64,000 bases of DNA. It comes from Octopus vulgaris (taxonomy: Eukaryota). The stretch spans positions 11,346,001 to 11,410,000 of the forward strand of contig OX597834.1 of assembly GCA_951406725.2 (NCBI GenBank), in the 5' to 3' direction. This document shows positions 51,089-63,955 of the stretch, one piece after another (position 1 is the stretch's first letter; each line of letters opens with the position of its first letter). A program made the translations under genes and the position numbers. Below the pieces are notes generated by a model. The model searched no databases and was not told the DNA's origin. It was given only the letters and a program-made list of their open reading frames with translations.

Positions 51089-51446
51089 TACGAAACACTT
51101 GGTAAGTAGAACCGTCTTGGCGTTTCGTTTTGAATCTTTAAAAAAAAAATGAAGTAAAAAAAACAGGGAATATCAACAGATACATGATAACAAACAATGA
51201 TATGGTCAACAAATTGTCTTCTTCCAATCCACAAATAACATCCCAGATACAGCTTCGGAAGGTACCGGATCTTAATGAATTCAGCAGACCTTACATGTCT
51301 TGTGTTATATAATTAGATATTTGAATTATATTTTTTTAATTAAATATTTTTTTCTATTAGTAATCTGTTACGTTGTGTATGTGTGTGTTTGAATTATAGA
51401 GTTGTTTGTCCAGTCGTCTTTTCTCTCAGATTGATAAGTTGGTAAC

Positions 51447-51498
<52 letters not shown>

Positions 51499-51853
51499 GT
51501 ATAATGTACATGGTGTTTATATTCCTTTCCTTGCTTTTTCAGTGTATTTAGTGTTTTTTACGATTTCTTTTGGTTTTGGTTTCAAAATGTACTACCTGGA
51601 AAAAACCCGAATCATAAGATAGATCATAGCAATTATTTCAAAAATTTCAAAATACGATCGAATATTCACTCAAACAGAAATGAATGCATATGAAATGAGT
51701 TAGATACACGAGTAAAGTATATAAAACAAAACACACTTGGATACACACGGATATACACATACATCCACACGAATATGCACAGACTAAGGAATATATATAC
51801 AGTTCTTCATTGCAGCAAGGCATTCATACATACTCCTAAACATGCTTGAATAA

Positions 51854-51889
<36 letters not shown>

Positions 51890-52187
51890 ATGTGTGTGTG
51901 TATGTGTGTGTGTATATGTGTGTGTATGTATATATATATATATATATATATGCACATATATATATATGTGTGTATGTGTGTGTGTATTTATGGATATATA
52001 TATGTGTGTATGGATATGTGTATGTGTGTATATATGGATATATATGCGTGTGTATGGATATGTGTGTGTGTATGAATGGTGTGTGTATGAATGGATATAT
52101 ATATGTATGTATATGTATAGTTATGTATGTTTATATAAATGTATGTATATATATGCATGTACACACACACACACACACACACATATG

Positions 52188-52236
<49 letters not shown>

Positions 52237-52529
52237 CAAAGCCTTTTGATTCAAATTCGTTGGTACTCAGAGATTCAATCGTGATGCTAATCTTCAGCCA
52301 TTTTGAAGTTGAAAGAAAGAAATTGATTGTACACACATTCATACACTGACATACATACTAACAAAAATATATCGCAGCATAGGCGGTTGTATATATGTTC
52401 GCCAAATACGATAGTTATGTTACTTTGACGTCCATCCTACTGAATTCCAACGTAGCCCTTTTACATAGTTAAACATTGTATTTAAAATAATTAAATATAC
52501 ACCGATAAAGAAATACAGTGTTCAACAAT

Positions 52530-52908
52530 GGATGGATGGAAGCACTCTGTCGGTTACGACGACGAGGGTTCCGGTTGATCCGAATCAACGGAACAGCCTG
52601 CTCGTGAAATTAACGTGTAAGTGGCCGAGCACTCCACAGACACGTGTACCATTAACGCAGTTCTCGGGGATATTCAGCGTGACACAGAGAGTGACAAGGC
52701 CGGCCCTTTGAAATACAGGTACAACAGAAGCAGGAAGTAAGAGTGAGAGAAAGTTGTGGTGAAAGAGTACAGCAGGGATCACTACCATCCCCTGCCGGAG
52801 CCTCGTGGAGCTTTAGGTGTTTTCGCTCAATAAACACTCACAACGCCCGGTCTGGGAATCGAAACCGCGAGTCCACTGCCCTAACCACTGGGCCATTGTG
52901 CCTCCACA
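52530..52908 (-). mobile_element. SINE family 3 with 11-bp TSD
   Basis: TSD TGTTCAACAAT at 52519-52529 and 52909-52919; tRNA-like head at the right end, (TCCA)n tail. Confidence 0.92.
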
Positions 52909-53644
52909 TGTTCAACAATACAACATTTTAGAAACTCATGGATATATATATATTTTTTTTATCACAGATGATATCAAATACGCCGCCTAAGCTACGATAT
53001 ATAATGGTGATACTAATGATTCCTTGTCTTAAACTGTTTTGGTTAATTTAATGATTGTGGGAGGAAACGATTAGTTTTGTCATGCAAACATAATTAACCA
53101 AAACATACATGATGAATGAATTTTCCTCTCTCCAGCAAATAATAACAATAACAATAATAGCAATAACAACATCAACAACAATATACATAATAAATATATA
53201 AAAGGAGACAAATGACAAGATAGACAAAATATAAACAAAAATATTTCTCTATTAATTTCTATATATGATTTTTATGTAATAATTACCACTGCTTTGGACA
53301 GCCTTACAGGTTGTTTGCTATAACTGTTTACTTACATCGATGTTTTTCTGTTCTATTTGTATTTAATTCTTCTTCGTCGATATTATTATTATTATTTTTA
53401 TTATTATTGATGTTTTTATTGTTGTTGCTGTTGCTATTATTATTATTATTATTCCAAAGTTTGTACATATGTTAATTCAGTTAGCTGGGATGTTATCCTG
53501 AGGCCTGTTGACAGTAAGTCTCCAAAAATCTCTTTAGTATTGTTGCGAGTCACTATTTCAGTTTCTTTCAGTCTCCAAGGTAACAATTTGGGTGTTGTGC
53601 CAAGTGCATCATCATCATCATCAGTATTATTATTATTATTATTA

Positions 53645-53961
53645 TTTTTATTATTCAGTAGTTTTATTTTTATAGCGTGCTTTCACTTCACTACCGAGCG
53701 CAGCTCTGTGTGCCTTGGGTATGTGCTGGGATTTATTGTGATGCTCTTATGGTTACTGTATTGAAAGTGTTCTTCGTAAGATGTGTGCAGTGCCCAGTAG
53801 TGCAATTTTGTGTATGTTATATATACTTGTAAGTCCTGGTGTTTTTGTTATGTATTTGTCTGAATATTTTTTATCTTACCTAAATCGCCCACTATGATAG
53901 GAATTGTTTCTGTTTTTAGATTCCACATTCGAGTTATCTCTATTTCTAGGTCTTTGTATTT
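53645..53961 (-). mobile_element. R4/Dong-clade (restriction-like endonuclease) LINE 3' fragment
   Basis: Minus frame KYKDLEIEITRMWNLKTETIPIIVGDLG / KYITKTPGLTSIYNIHKIALLGTAHILRRTLSIQ*; flanked by (ATT)n. Confidence 0.85.
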
Positions 53962-54234
53962 ATTATTATTATTATTATTATTTGCATTTTACTTTACAAA
54001 GCTCTGGATTTAATTTGCCCCAGTTAATTCTGTAACAGCGGTCAGCAATCTGTCGTGAAAGGTCTCACAAGGTCTCTTTCTACGAAACTTAACACCCAAG
54101 TACCAAACTGAAAATTACCCGCTGACCCCAAATAGATAAGTTTTTGTGCATGTTTAACCCTCATGTCAGTCCCAGTTTCTCCGATATATTTCTAGAAAAA
54201 AAAAATTGTTTATTATTATTGTTGTTGTTATTTT

Positions 54235-54465
54235 ATTCTGCATGGTTGATGCAGTCACTTGCCGGGACACACCCAGCACTCGAGGGAAAGTGAAGGTTAA
54301 GATATGTTGAAATATAACTGAAAGCTTGAGGAGGGTAGTTAAGAAATACTTCCATATAATACAACACAAATTGATAGGGTTTTCCAAAGGATGTGGGCAG
54401 TAATTATCAGCACTGTATTTTGGATTTTGTTCTTGACATATGCTTCTCCTAGGATTTTGTCTATT
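54235..54465 (-). mobile_element. R4/Dong 3' fragment, second family
   Basis: Minus frame ...KIQNTVLIITAHILWKTLSI; (ATT)n flanks. Confidence 0.65.
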
Positions 54466-54479
54466 ATTATTATTATTAT

Positions 54480-54511
<32 letters not shown>

Positions 54512-54525
54512 CTGTTATTATTCAA

Positions 54526-54925
54526 GGCGGCCAGCTGGCAGAATCGTTAGCACGCTATACGAAATGCTTAGCGGTATTTCGTCTGCCGTTACGTTCTGAG
54601 TTCAAATTCCGCCGACGTCGACTTTGCCTTTGATCCTTTCGGGATCGATAATTAAAGTACCAGTTACGCACTGGGGTCGATGTAATCGACTTAATCCGTC
54701 TGTCTGTCCTTGATTGTTCCCTCTGTGTTTAGCCCCTTGTGGGTAGTAAAGAAATAGGTATTTCCCGCGTCACTGCGTTCTGAGTTCAAATTCCGCCGAG
54801 ATCGACTTTGCCTTTCATTCTTTCGGAGCCAATAAATTAATTACCAGTGAAACACTGGGATCGATATAATCGACAAGCCCCCACCCCACAAATATCAGGC
54901 CTGGTGCCTTTAATATAAAGGATTA
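54526..54925 (+). mobile_element. SINE family 1 dimer
   Basis: Collinear with family 1; sits within (ATT)n. Confidence 0.88.
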
Positions 54926-55508
54926 TTATTATTATTATTATCATTATTTAATAAAATGTGAATGCGAGCGGTAATTATTGCCCGCTTGGAAGATCATAAT
55001 CTGATCTCGAGTGAAATATAATTTCACGAGGGAACTTCCAATTAGTGTCTCATTATCAAAGCGCAAATATAAACTGTTTGCAAAAGGGATGTTCATTAAG
55101 GATTGCATTATTTATAACTTTTTCGGCGGTATCACTATCGCAATTAAGCAAAATAACAGTCGTTATAATAATATTACTCATTCCAACAACAATGATAAAA
55201 AACAACAATAATAATAATAATAATCCTTTCTGGTACAGGTACAAGTCCCCCATTACTCAACTGGTACTTATTTTATTAAATATCGCTAAGCATTTTTGCC
55301 CGGTGTACTAAGAGTTTTGCCAGCTCTCCGCCTTAACTCAATAATAATTATAATAATAATAATAATAATGATGATGATGATAATAATATTGCCGTGTCTG
55401 AATATGAATACAGACGTCACGACGTAAGCAGTTATATCCACTGGGTAATATGCCAACATGACAACATCAATCAAATTTGCCTCAAAATCAATTTGCCTCA
55501 ATCAAATA

Positions 55509-55615
55509 TTGTAATAATTATCATTGCTTTGGACAGCCTAACAGGTTGTTTGCTATAACTATTTGCTTACATCGATGTTTTTCTGTTCTATTTGTATTTA
55601 ATTCTTCTTCGTCGA

Positions 55616-55646
<31 letters not shown>

Positions 55647-55669
55647 TTTGATGGTTTTATTGTTGTTGC

Positions 55670-55704
<35 letters not shown>

Positions 55705-55967
55705 CAAAGTTTGTACATATGTTAATTCAGTTAGCTGGGATGTTATCCTGAGGCTTGGTGAAAGTAAGTCTCCAAAAATCTCTTTAGTATTGTTGCGAGT
55801 CACTATTTCAGTTTCTTTCAGTCTCCAAGGTAATAATTTGGGTGTTGTGCCAAGTGCATCATCATCATCATCATCATCATCATTATTCTTATTATTATTC
55901 AGTAGTTTTATTTTTATATCGTGCTTTCACTTCACTTCCGAGTGCAGCTCTGTGTGCCTTGGGTATG
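55509..55967. repeat. Dispersed duplicate of about 53272-53723
   Basis: Same order of three unique blocks separated by (ATT)n/(CAT)n tracts of different length. Confidence 0.9.
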
Positions 55968-56184
55968 TTATTACAATATGTAATAATAATAGGGACCACC
56001 CCTAAATATTCGAACAGATGGATAGGAGAAATAGACAGTAAACTTTAGTTTTGTACAGCTCTAGAAAGTGTTCTTAGAGACAGCTTGAATACATGGGGAG
56101 GTTCTTGGTAGCTAAGGTTACTTGTTGTAGCTCGATGTTAGGAATTTTTCTTTTCCAACAGTCTAATCAGTTGCACGTATATGA

Positions 56185-56235
<51 letters not shown>

Positions 56236-56236
<1 letters not shown>

Positions 56237-56422
56237 GAGCTGCTGTCAGGCTCAAAGTGATCCAGAAGACAGCATTGTGGGCACAGCTCGCATTCTAAGG
56301 AGAGTATTGTCTCTTTGAGTCAAAGGAGAAGGCATTACTTGAAAGCATTGGTGGTTTGTTATATCCTGCTTTCAGGTAAAGAATAACCGGTAATTAAGAA
56401 CTATCTGAGAGTCTTTCATAAT
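56236..56422 (+). mobile_element. R4/Dong 3' fragment, third family
   Basis: VRLKVIQKTAL/GTARILRRVLSL* directly after (AAT)n; ends in ATAATAA. Confidence 0.7.
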
Positions 56423-57525
56423 AAACAAAATAATGATGATGATAAATAATAACTATTAATAATGATAATAATGCTTCCAAATTTTGGCACGGGGTCGACA
56501 ATTTCGAAGGAGGGATTAAGTCGATCACATCGACCCCTGTACTCTAGTGGTACTGATTTTGTTGCCTTGCGAAGGGATGAACGGTAAGGTCGACTTTGGC
56601 ATTATTTGAACTGTGAACGTAAATACGGTCGAAATGCCGTTAAGAATTTCCCTCGCCTGCTAACAATTTCTGATAGCTCACCGCCTTAAGAATAGTAGTG
56701 CCCTTATCAGACGGTTAGTAATTATGGGTATACTGGGCTTTGTATATTTTACCCAGTGTCACTTTGATGGCATGCACTGCTCTCTCACTCAATAATAATT
56801 GTAGTAGTAATAATACTAATCTTTTCTACTATAGGCACAAGGCCTGAAATATTTTCGGGGAGGGGATTGTCGATTACGTCGACCCCAGTGCTTCTCTGGT
56901 ACTCTTTTCATCTACCCTGAAAGGCTGAAAGGCAAAGTCAACCTCATCGTAATTGGAACTTAGTACGAAAAGACGGAGGAAACACTTATTTCTTTACTAC
57001 ATACATACATATACGTACATATATATATATAAATATATATATATACATACATACACATACATACATACATATACGTACATATATAAATATATATATATAT
57101 ATATACATACATACACGTACATACATACATATACGTACATATATAAATACATATATATATATATATACATACATATACATATACGTATAAATAAATATAT
57201 ATACATATACGTACATATATATACGTACATATATAAATACGATATATATATATATATACATACATATACATATACGTATAAATAAATATATATACATATA
57301 CGTACATATATATACCTACATATGTATATCTATTTTGACGTGCTTATTTACAATATATAATGTGATATATTAGATGACTTTAAATTTCTATGAATGAATA
57401 TTTCAATGCAACTAGCACATCTTACGAACATGCTTGTGCATACGATATAATCGTGTATATTGTGATGTCATGGGAAACTTAAAATCCCCTTCGGCCGAAC
57501 ATTCCTTTCTTTTATTGTGCATGTA

Positions 57526-57728
57526 CGAGGCTGTGCTGCTAAGTTCCTGGCTTTCAGGTTAACGCTAAAGGCTTGTATGGTTGCTCAACATTCCCTGTAC
57601 TTTGACAGGACTTAGAAAAACTGAAGGACCGCTGCAATATGTGTGTGTATCTCAGAGGGGAATATATAATTCACTGATCCTCCTGAATTTTCTTTTATCA
57701 AAACCAGAAAGTTTTCAATACCTCCACG
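57526..57728 (+). mobile_element. Internally deleted mariner derivative
   Basis: TA|CGAGG...AAGTTCCTGG / CCAGAAAGTTTTCAATACCTCCACG|TA; residual C-terminal peptide KLKDRCNMCVYLRGEYI. Confidence 0.7.
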
Positions 57729-57777
57729 TATTTTACCTTCACTGCCACTTGGTTACATTTCTGGATTTTTGCATCTA

Positions 57778-58163
57778 ATTCGGAAGTACTCCGTCGGTTA
57801 CGACGACGAGGGTTCCGTTTGATCCGATCAACGGAACAGCCTGCTCGTGAAATTAACGTGTAAGTGGCTGAGCACTCCACAGGCACGTGTACCCTAAAAG
57901 TAGTTCTCTGGGATATTCAGCGTGACACAGAGAGTGACAAGGCCGGCCCTTTGAAATACAGGTACAACAGAAACAGAAAGTAAGAGTGAGAGAAAGTTGT
58001 GGTGAAAGAGTACAGCAGGGATCACCACCATCCCTGCCGGAGCCTCGTGGAGCTTTAGGTGTTTTCGCTCAATAAACACTCACAACGCCCGGTCTGGGAA
58101 TCGAAACCGCGATCCTACGACCGCGAGTCCGCTGCCCTAACCACTGGGCCATTGCGCCTCTAC
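57778..58163 (-). mobile_element. SINE family 3 with 11-bp TSD
   Basis: TTTTGCATCTA on both flanks; collinear with 52530-52908. Confidence 0.92.
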
Positions 58164-58461
58164 TTTTGCATCTATATCTCTATCTGGAAGTCTCTAATGT
58201 AAAGAGTACAGACCCCTTACGGTCACGGATGAACATTGGATTGTACCTAGAAATTTCTCCAAGGCACAAGTCCGGGCAGTGTTGTTTATGGAAGGCCAGC
58301 AGTTGCCTATGCATACCAGTCTCCTCTCTACTCATTACCGATGTTATCCAAGGGAAAGTCAAAGGCCGATACAGCTTGGCACAGCGACGTCGCAACTCAT
58401 TTCTGCAGCTGAGTGAACTGCAGCAACGTGAAATAACACAAGAATACATCAAATGTTACTT

Positions 58462-58688
58462 GGCGAGCTGGCAGAAACGTTAGCACGCCGGGCGAAATGC
58501 GTAGCCGTATTTCGTCTGCCGCTACGTTCTGAGTTCCAATTCCGCCGAGGTCGACTTTGCCTTTCATCCTTTCGGGGTCGATATATTAAGTACCAGTTAC
58601 GCACTGGGGTCGATGTAATCGACTTAATCCGTTCGTCTGTCCCTGTTTGTCCCCTCTATGTTTAGCCCCTTGTGGGCAATAAAGAAAT
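58462..58688 (+). mobile_element. SINE family 1
   Basis: Near consensus. Confidence 0.92.
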
Positions 58689-59094
58689 ATATATCTATAC
58701 TCCAAACATCTTATCAATTGAATCATATGTAAAACAATGTAATTATTTAGCTAACACTCTCCTCTCCAGTTATATACACAATAGTGGATGAGTCACATTT
58801 AATTGCTAAGAATATATTGTTTTCTAGAATTAGCACTCAGTCTTCTGGAATTGGCAATCCAGTCGTATTGAGACCCTGAATGGAAAAGGTCAGAAATGCC
58901 ACGAGCCATTTTGCCTGTTATCCTTACGATTCAAACTTCCCTACAAAAGGGTAGTCAACACATTTATGGTTAAGTTTTTAATGCGTAACATCGATCTACA
59001 CCTTATCTTTAACTTAATTTTATCTTAAGACTCTGTGTATCATTGACTAGTAAAGAAGCATCTTATGAATGTTTATGCTGATAGGATATGGAAT

Positions 59095-59562
59095 CATAAC
59101 ACAAGACATACATCATCTCGAAAGGGTCCAGAAGCTGGCTACCCCCATGGTTCTTGGTCTCAAGTATTTGTCTTATGAAGAAAGGCTGAAGACGCTCGAC
59201 CTTTATTCTCTAGAAAAACGACGACGTCGTGCTGATCTCATTTTCGCTCACAACATCATAAGCGGAAAGTGTAACCTCTCGAAAGAGCTGTTCTTCACTC
59301 GGCTGCGGGGTCACTCTGAAAAGCTCTATCTGCGACGATTTTCATCTCAATCGAAGGAGAGAGGCTCTCTCCGTCCGAGTTGCGGATCCGTGGAATAAGC
59401 TGCCGGACGAGATAGTGAAGATGCCGACGACCGCTCGGTTCAAAGACTCTCTTGACCAGAAATGGCCTGAACTCTTTGCATGAACACCCTCCCTGTACAT
59501 AACTCCATGTCCCCCTACATGGCTTTGTTTTTGCTTTTTGAGCCAAAAAATTAACTTAACTT
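59095..59562 (+). mobile_element. CR1/L2-group LINE 3' fragment
   Basis: DIHHLERVQKLATPMVLGLKYLSYEERLKTLDLYSLEKRRRRADLI...RLRGHSEKL / VADPWNKLPDEIV...FKDSLD; (TTAAC)n tail. Confidence 0.9.
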
Positions 59563-60084
59563 AGTCATCAGATGGTCTTCTGAACATTCTGGTGAGTGAC
59601 TTAGTGGCTGATCACAAGTTCTATTTCCGAATAGGCTAGTGGTTTGTTTTAATTAGTAAGGTGTCTTTATTTCACGATATTCCATTTAGGCCATCAAAAT
59701 TAGCACCAAGAACAGCAATTAATATTTAACGTTGCAACGAGCTTGCATCCCGTCCAGTGAGACTCTTCAAGAGTAGGAATGGCGCCCACTGAACGCCGTA
59801 TTCCTGCAGTGAAATATTTTCTATTATAATCACAACTGTGTTACCCCATTGATCCCCGGCTATTGAGTACATTAATTCAACAGCCTTTCACCAATATTGA
59901 TCTCTCTCGTGTACATAAGGAGTCCTATTTGAGATAAACAGTCGATTTAATTGGCATTTGTCTTTAATTGGCAAAGTCGACTATTGTATCATGTGAACTC
60001 AGAGCAGAAACTTTTCTAACTAAATACTGGAATACATTATATCAAAAGATCCACTCAGAACCCCCAAATTGCTATAATATTGAT

Positions 60085-60300
60085 TTCAAATTTTGGCACA
60101 ATGCAAGCAGTTTCCGGGGGTGAGGGAGCTAAGTTTATTACGTCGATTTCTGTGCTAAACTGGTGCTTAATTTACAGACCGCAAGCGTACGAAAGGCGAA
60201 GTCAACCTTTGCGGAATTTGAACTCAGAACGCAAAGGCGGACGAAATTACAGCTCAGCATTTTGCTCGGCAAGCTAACATTTCTTCCAGAGTGACACCTT
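60085..60300 (-). mobile_element. Diverged family 1-related SINE (similar remnants at about 56475-56686, 56835-56985 and 60880-61030)
   Basis: GAAAGGCGAAGTCAACCTTTGCGGAATTTGAACTCAGAACG. Confidence 0.65.
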
Positions 60301-61899
60301 AGATTGCTATTATGCTTGTATGTGATTTTCTCCATAGTAATGTTATCAAGCTGTATCATAGTCCCTCAAATGGGTTAATTCATAATAATGTTTGAGAAAA
60401 ACTTTCCTTTAATTTACCATATTAAGTTTTAATTTGCCCTATTAAATATCTAAATAGAAGGTTATAGACAATTCAAGATCTTCAAGTGGAATTCGGTGGT
60501 AGGTTAAATATCTAATAGTGCATGTGTATTTGTTTGTGTGTGTTTTTTAATGCTCTTGAATATTGAGATTATATATTTAATGTATATATGCAAATTACAT
60601 TTTTTCATGTTCTCAGAAAAATACATCGACGTCATATGCTGTTATAAACCATCAACATTTAAATATTTAACTACAAATCAATAATAGTTTAAAGTTAATC
60701 AATTTAACTGATACTTATATTTAATATAGACAAATTCTTTTTAATAAAGACCAAAAAAAAAAGATTAGATACTCACGGTTTTTGCAGCTTTCCATCTAAA
60801 TTTATTAAATTACCAGCAGCCACCTTTAGATAATTCGATTCTACTTTATTGTTTTTCATATTATTGTTATTTCCGATTCTTTAAGCTCTGGGTTCAAATT
60901 CCGCCGACGTTGACTTTGTCTTTCATCCTTTAAGGGTCGATAAAATAAAGTACCACTCAAGTACTGGGGTCGATATATTTGAATTACTCCCTCCCACAAA
61001 AATTGGTGGCCTTGTGCCAAAATTTAGAACCATCATTATTATTATTATTATTATTGTTATTATTCTATTTTTTTACGTATACACGTATTGTGTATGTTTG
61101 TGATACTTATTCCTAACAACAGTGAAATGAATTAAATAAATAGAAACATTTATTTTATCGATCCCGACAAGGATGAAAATCAAAGTTACATCAGATAAGA
61201 TTTGAACACAAAATGTAAAACGTGTTACTAAATGACTTACGGCATTAAATCTCTCGCTTTAACGATTATTTTGGAGCCACAATATCAGAAAAATTGGACA
61301 AAAGGATTGAATGAAGTCTAAAATTTAACTAGTTTTTTTATTTCCCCAATCTCTGAAGGATATTAGGTAAAATAAAAATTGGTGGGACTTGAACAAAGAA
61401 CGTAAAGTAACGTTATTAAACACTTCAAGTCAGTTTTCTTAGCCTCACTACTGACTGCAAACCCATGGTTTTCTTATACGTCTTATACTAATAATTCGGT
61501 CAATACCCATCTCTAATTAGTAGAGGAAGTGCTGCGTTCATTGCACTTTAAGTAACCAGGAGGCCGGTGGGAAGGATAATGTGCATCTCGGAGACATAAG
61601 CTGGGTGCTTGCTATTTACACTCCGCTAAAAGCATCTTCGGAACAGGGGCTGCTTTAAAATTTCCTAGCCATGGGCTCCAGACCACACATAAGCGGTCAA
61701 TTAACTCGCCCTCCGTTATTGTTCTTGAAGAATGCTGAAGCTCAAACTGCGATTTGATCTCAGAGCGTAGCTGACAGTAACGGAATATTGCAAGATATTT
61801 TGATTGTTACATTATTCAGTCCGCCAATCATTCTTCCCTTTTATATATTATTATTATTTGATGACAACTCACAGCTTATGCTGGGTATGACGAGAAGTA

Positions 61900-63275
61900 T
61901 CAATTATCCATAGACAGCAGATTAAGGTGACACTTCTTTAGAGATAATGCCTCAAGAACCCTGCTATTAATTCTTATTAATGTTTTTACTGATGATGCTT
62001 CAAGAAGCTTGTGAACTATTATTATTATTATTATTTCAAAGTCTTTACGTTGACACGGTCACTGATGATTTGGGGACGGGTGTAAACTCTCACCTTTGCT
62101 TGTGGTTATCATATTAACATTTTCATGTGTTCGTCACAGTTTAGTGTTCGTATTCCATTTGTTAAAATTTAGTTGTTCTGCATTTTAGCATCAAGATCCA
62201 TTATAGATTTAATGCCTTAGGATTCATTCCAATTTTAACCAATTAAGAGATTTTGATGGAAACATATTACAGTATCATTAGATTCACTTTTTGAATAAAA
62301 ACTGCGGAAAAATTATTTGTACAAGATTTTTATAATAGATTTGAATAACCCTATATCATTTTATTTTTTGAAACTTACATTAAAACATTTTTCATTCATT
62401 TTTTTCTCTAATAAATATCGTGAATCGCAAACATATTTTATTTTTAATAATGTTATTACGTAGTTAATGATTATCTGGTTATATTACAATTAGTTAATTA
62501 CATTATGTTATAGTTAACTATCATACATCATCGTATTTGTCGAAGTGTTCACTTCTGTTGGATTTTGTCATATATATATATACTGTATACTCATATATAG
62601 ATACAGACATTCTTAAACACGCACGCAGATACACATTTTGATAAACATTTGTACTCGTTTGATGCTTATTATATCTGCTTCCATAAGTTATTGTATTAAA
62701 TACCTTTATTACTCATTATCTTTATTTTAACATATTTTGTTATAATTTATATTTTTACTGATTTTAATTGGAATGTAATCCTTAATATTTTATATATACA
62801 CACAATTATATATATATATATATATATTTATTCCTATTCCTTGCTTGTTTCTCTAAATCATGGATTAACACACACATATATATATAAATATAATAAACAG
62901 AAAAATACAACAAAAGCAGAAATAAAGAAGAAAATAACAGAAAAAAGCACATTCTCTCGTTCTTCATTCTCTATTAACAATAAGAAATTATAATAGTTTT
63001 AAATAATGAAAAAATAAACAAAAAACAGAAACAAAAACGTGTTTCCCCACCCTCAACTCATCAAAGAGCCTTTACTTGCCATCAATCTACAGCTCTCTCA
63101 ACTGTCTTAGCTGTATGCGTTTATGGATTTGAATTTTTTCCTTCGCTTTCTTGATTTTCGTATTGTTTACGATTCATTTCATTCAGCTGTTTCATTTACT
63201 GAAACGAATGAAGACTGAACAATTTTTTTTTTACTTCCAATCAAAGTAATCGTTTCAATGAGTGTGTATATATAT

Positions 63276-63326
<51 letters not shown>

Positions 63327-63655
63327 GTTTCTTGTTCTCAGTTTAAATCCTTGTGTTAAAAGGACTAACTATATATATTTATATATATAAATATATATTT
63401 TATTTATATATATATATTATATACATATATATATATTATATATATATATATATTATATATATATATATATGTGTGTGTTTCATACATATTCACTTGTATG
63501 ATCTAGTAAGAAATTTATTTAAGTTTTGTCTTTCTGTCTGTCAGTCTTTTTGAAATTTCATTATTTATAATAATAATTATTATTTTTGTTTTATATTGTT
63601 TTTTATTGAAATTTTTTTTTTTTTGTAATTTATTTTTCCAATATTTGATCTTTCA
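61900..63655 (-). other. Probable proximal 3' UTR of the kainate receptor gene (distal end unknown)
   Basis: Directly follows the TAA on the minus strand; AT-rich, free of recognisable SINEs, with several minus-strand AATAAA motifs. The left boundary is a guess. Confidence 0.45.
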
Positions 63656-63955
63656 TTATGATTCTGGATCACTGTAATCTACATGTAAATAATCTCCACT
63701 GAATTCTTGTTTGTAATCCGGTTTGTAGTCGTATTCAAAATCTCTCGGTGTTCCGGTCGCTCTCGGAGATTTACGAACCTCCCGAAGTTGAATGATGCCA
63801 TTCGGAGACTCGACATGTGTCTCCGAGTGAGCCGTTGGGTTATGCGCTCTCGTGGATTTGCACTTTGAGCAGTGTCTTTTAAATCGTGGTTTTTGTGAAC
63901 CATGACAGCGAACGGCAAACCTAAGCTCATCTGCCATTTCAGAACATACAGACTG
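63656..63955 (-). CDS. Terminal coding exon (C-terminal cytoplasmic tail) of a kainate-type ionotropic glutamate receptor (GRIK/KaiR1-like); the gene continues right of the window
   Basis: Minus strand: long polypyrimidine tract ending ...CCGTTTCTCTTTTGCAG (63956-64000), then a phase-0 open frame QSVCSEMADELRFAVRCHGSQKPRFKRHCSKC...DYSDPES to TAA. CSEMADELRFAVRC matches the post-M4 segment of kainate receptors (mammalian GluK2 CSAMVEELRMSLKC), with the same Cys spacing. Composition is non-repetitive and higher in GC than the flanks. Confidence 0.8.
   Translation of the reverse strand, partial: QSVCSEMADELRFAVRCHGSQKPRFKRHCSKCKSTRAHNPTAHSETHVESPNGIIQLREVRKSPRATGTPRDFEYDYKPDYKQEFSGDYLHVDYSDPES

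Noticed and set aside
63178-63212. 3' UTR hairpin TTCATTC/GAATGAA plus GTTTCA/TGAAAC as a SECIS or miRNA
   Set aside because: Too short, lacks SECIS core geometry, and is expected by chance in AT-rich DNA.
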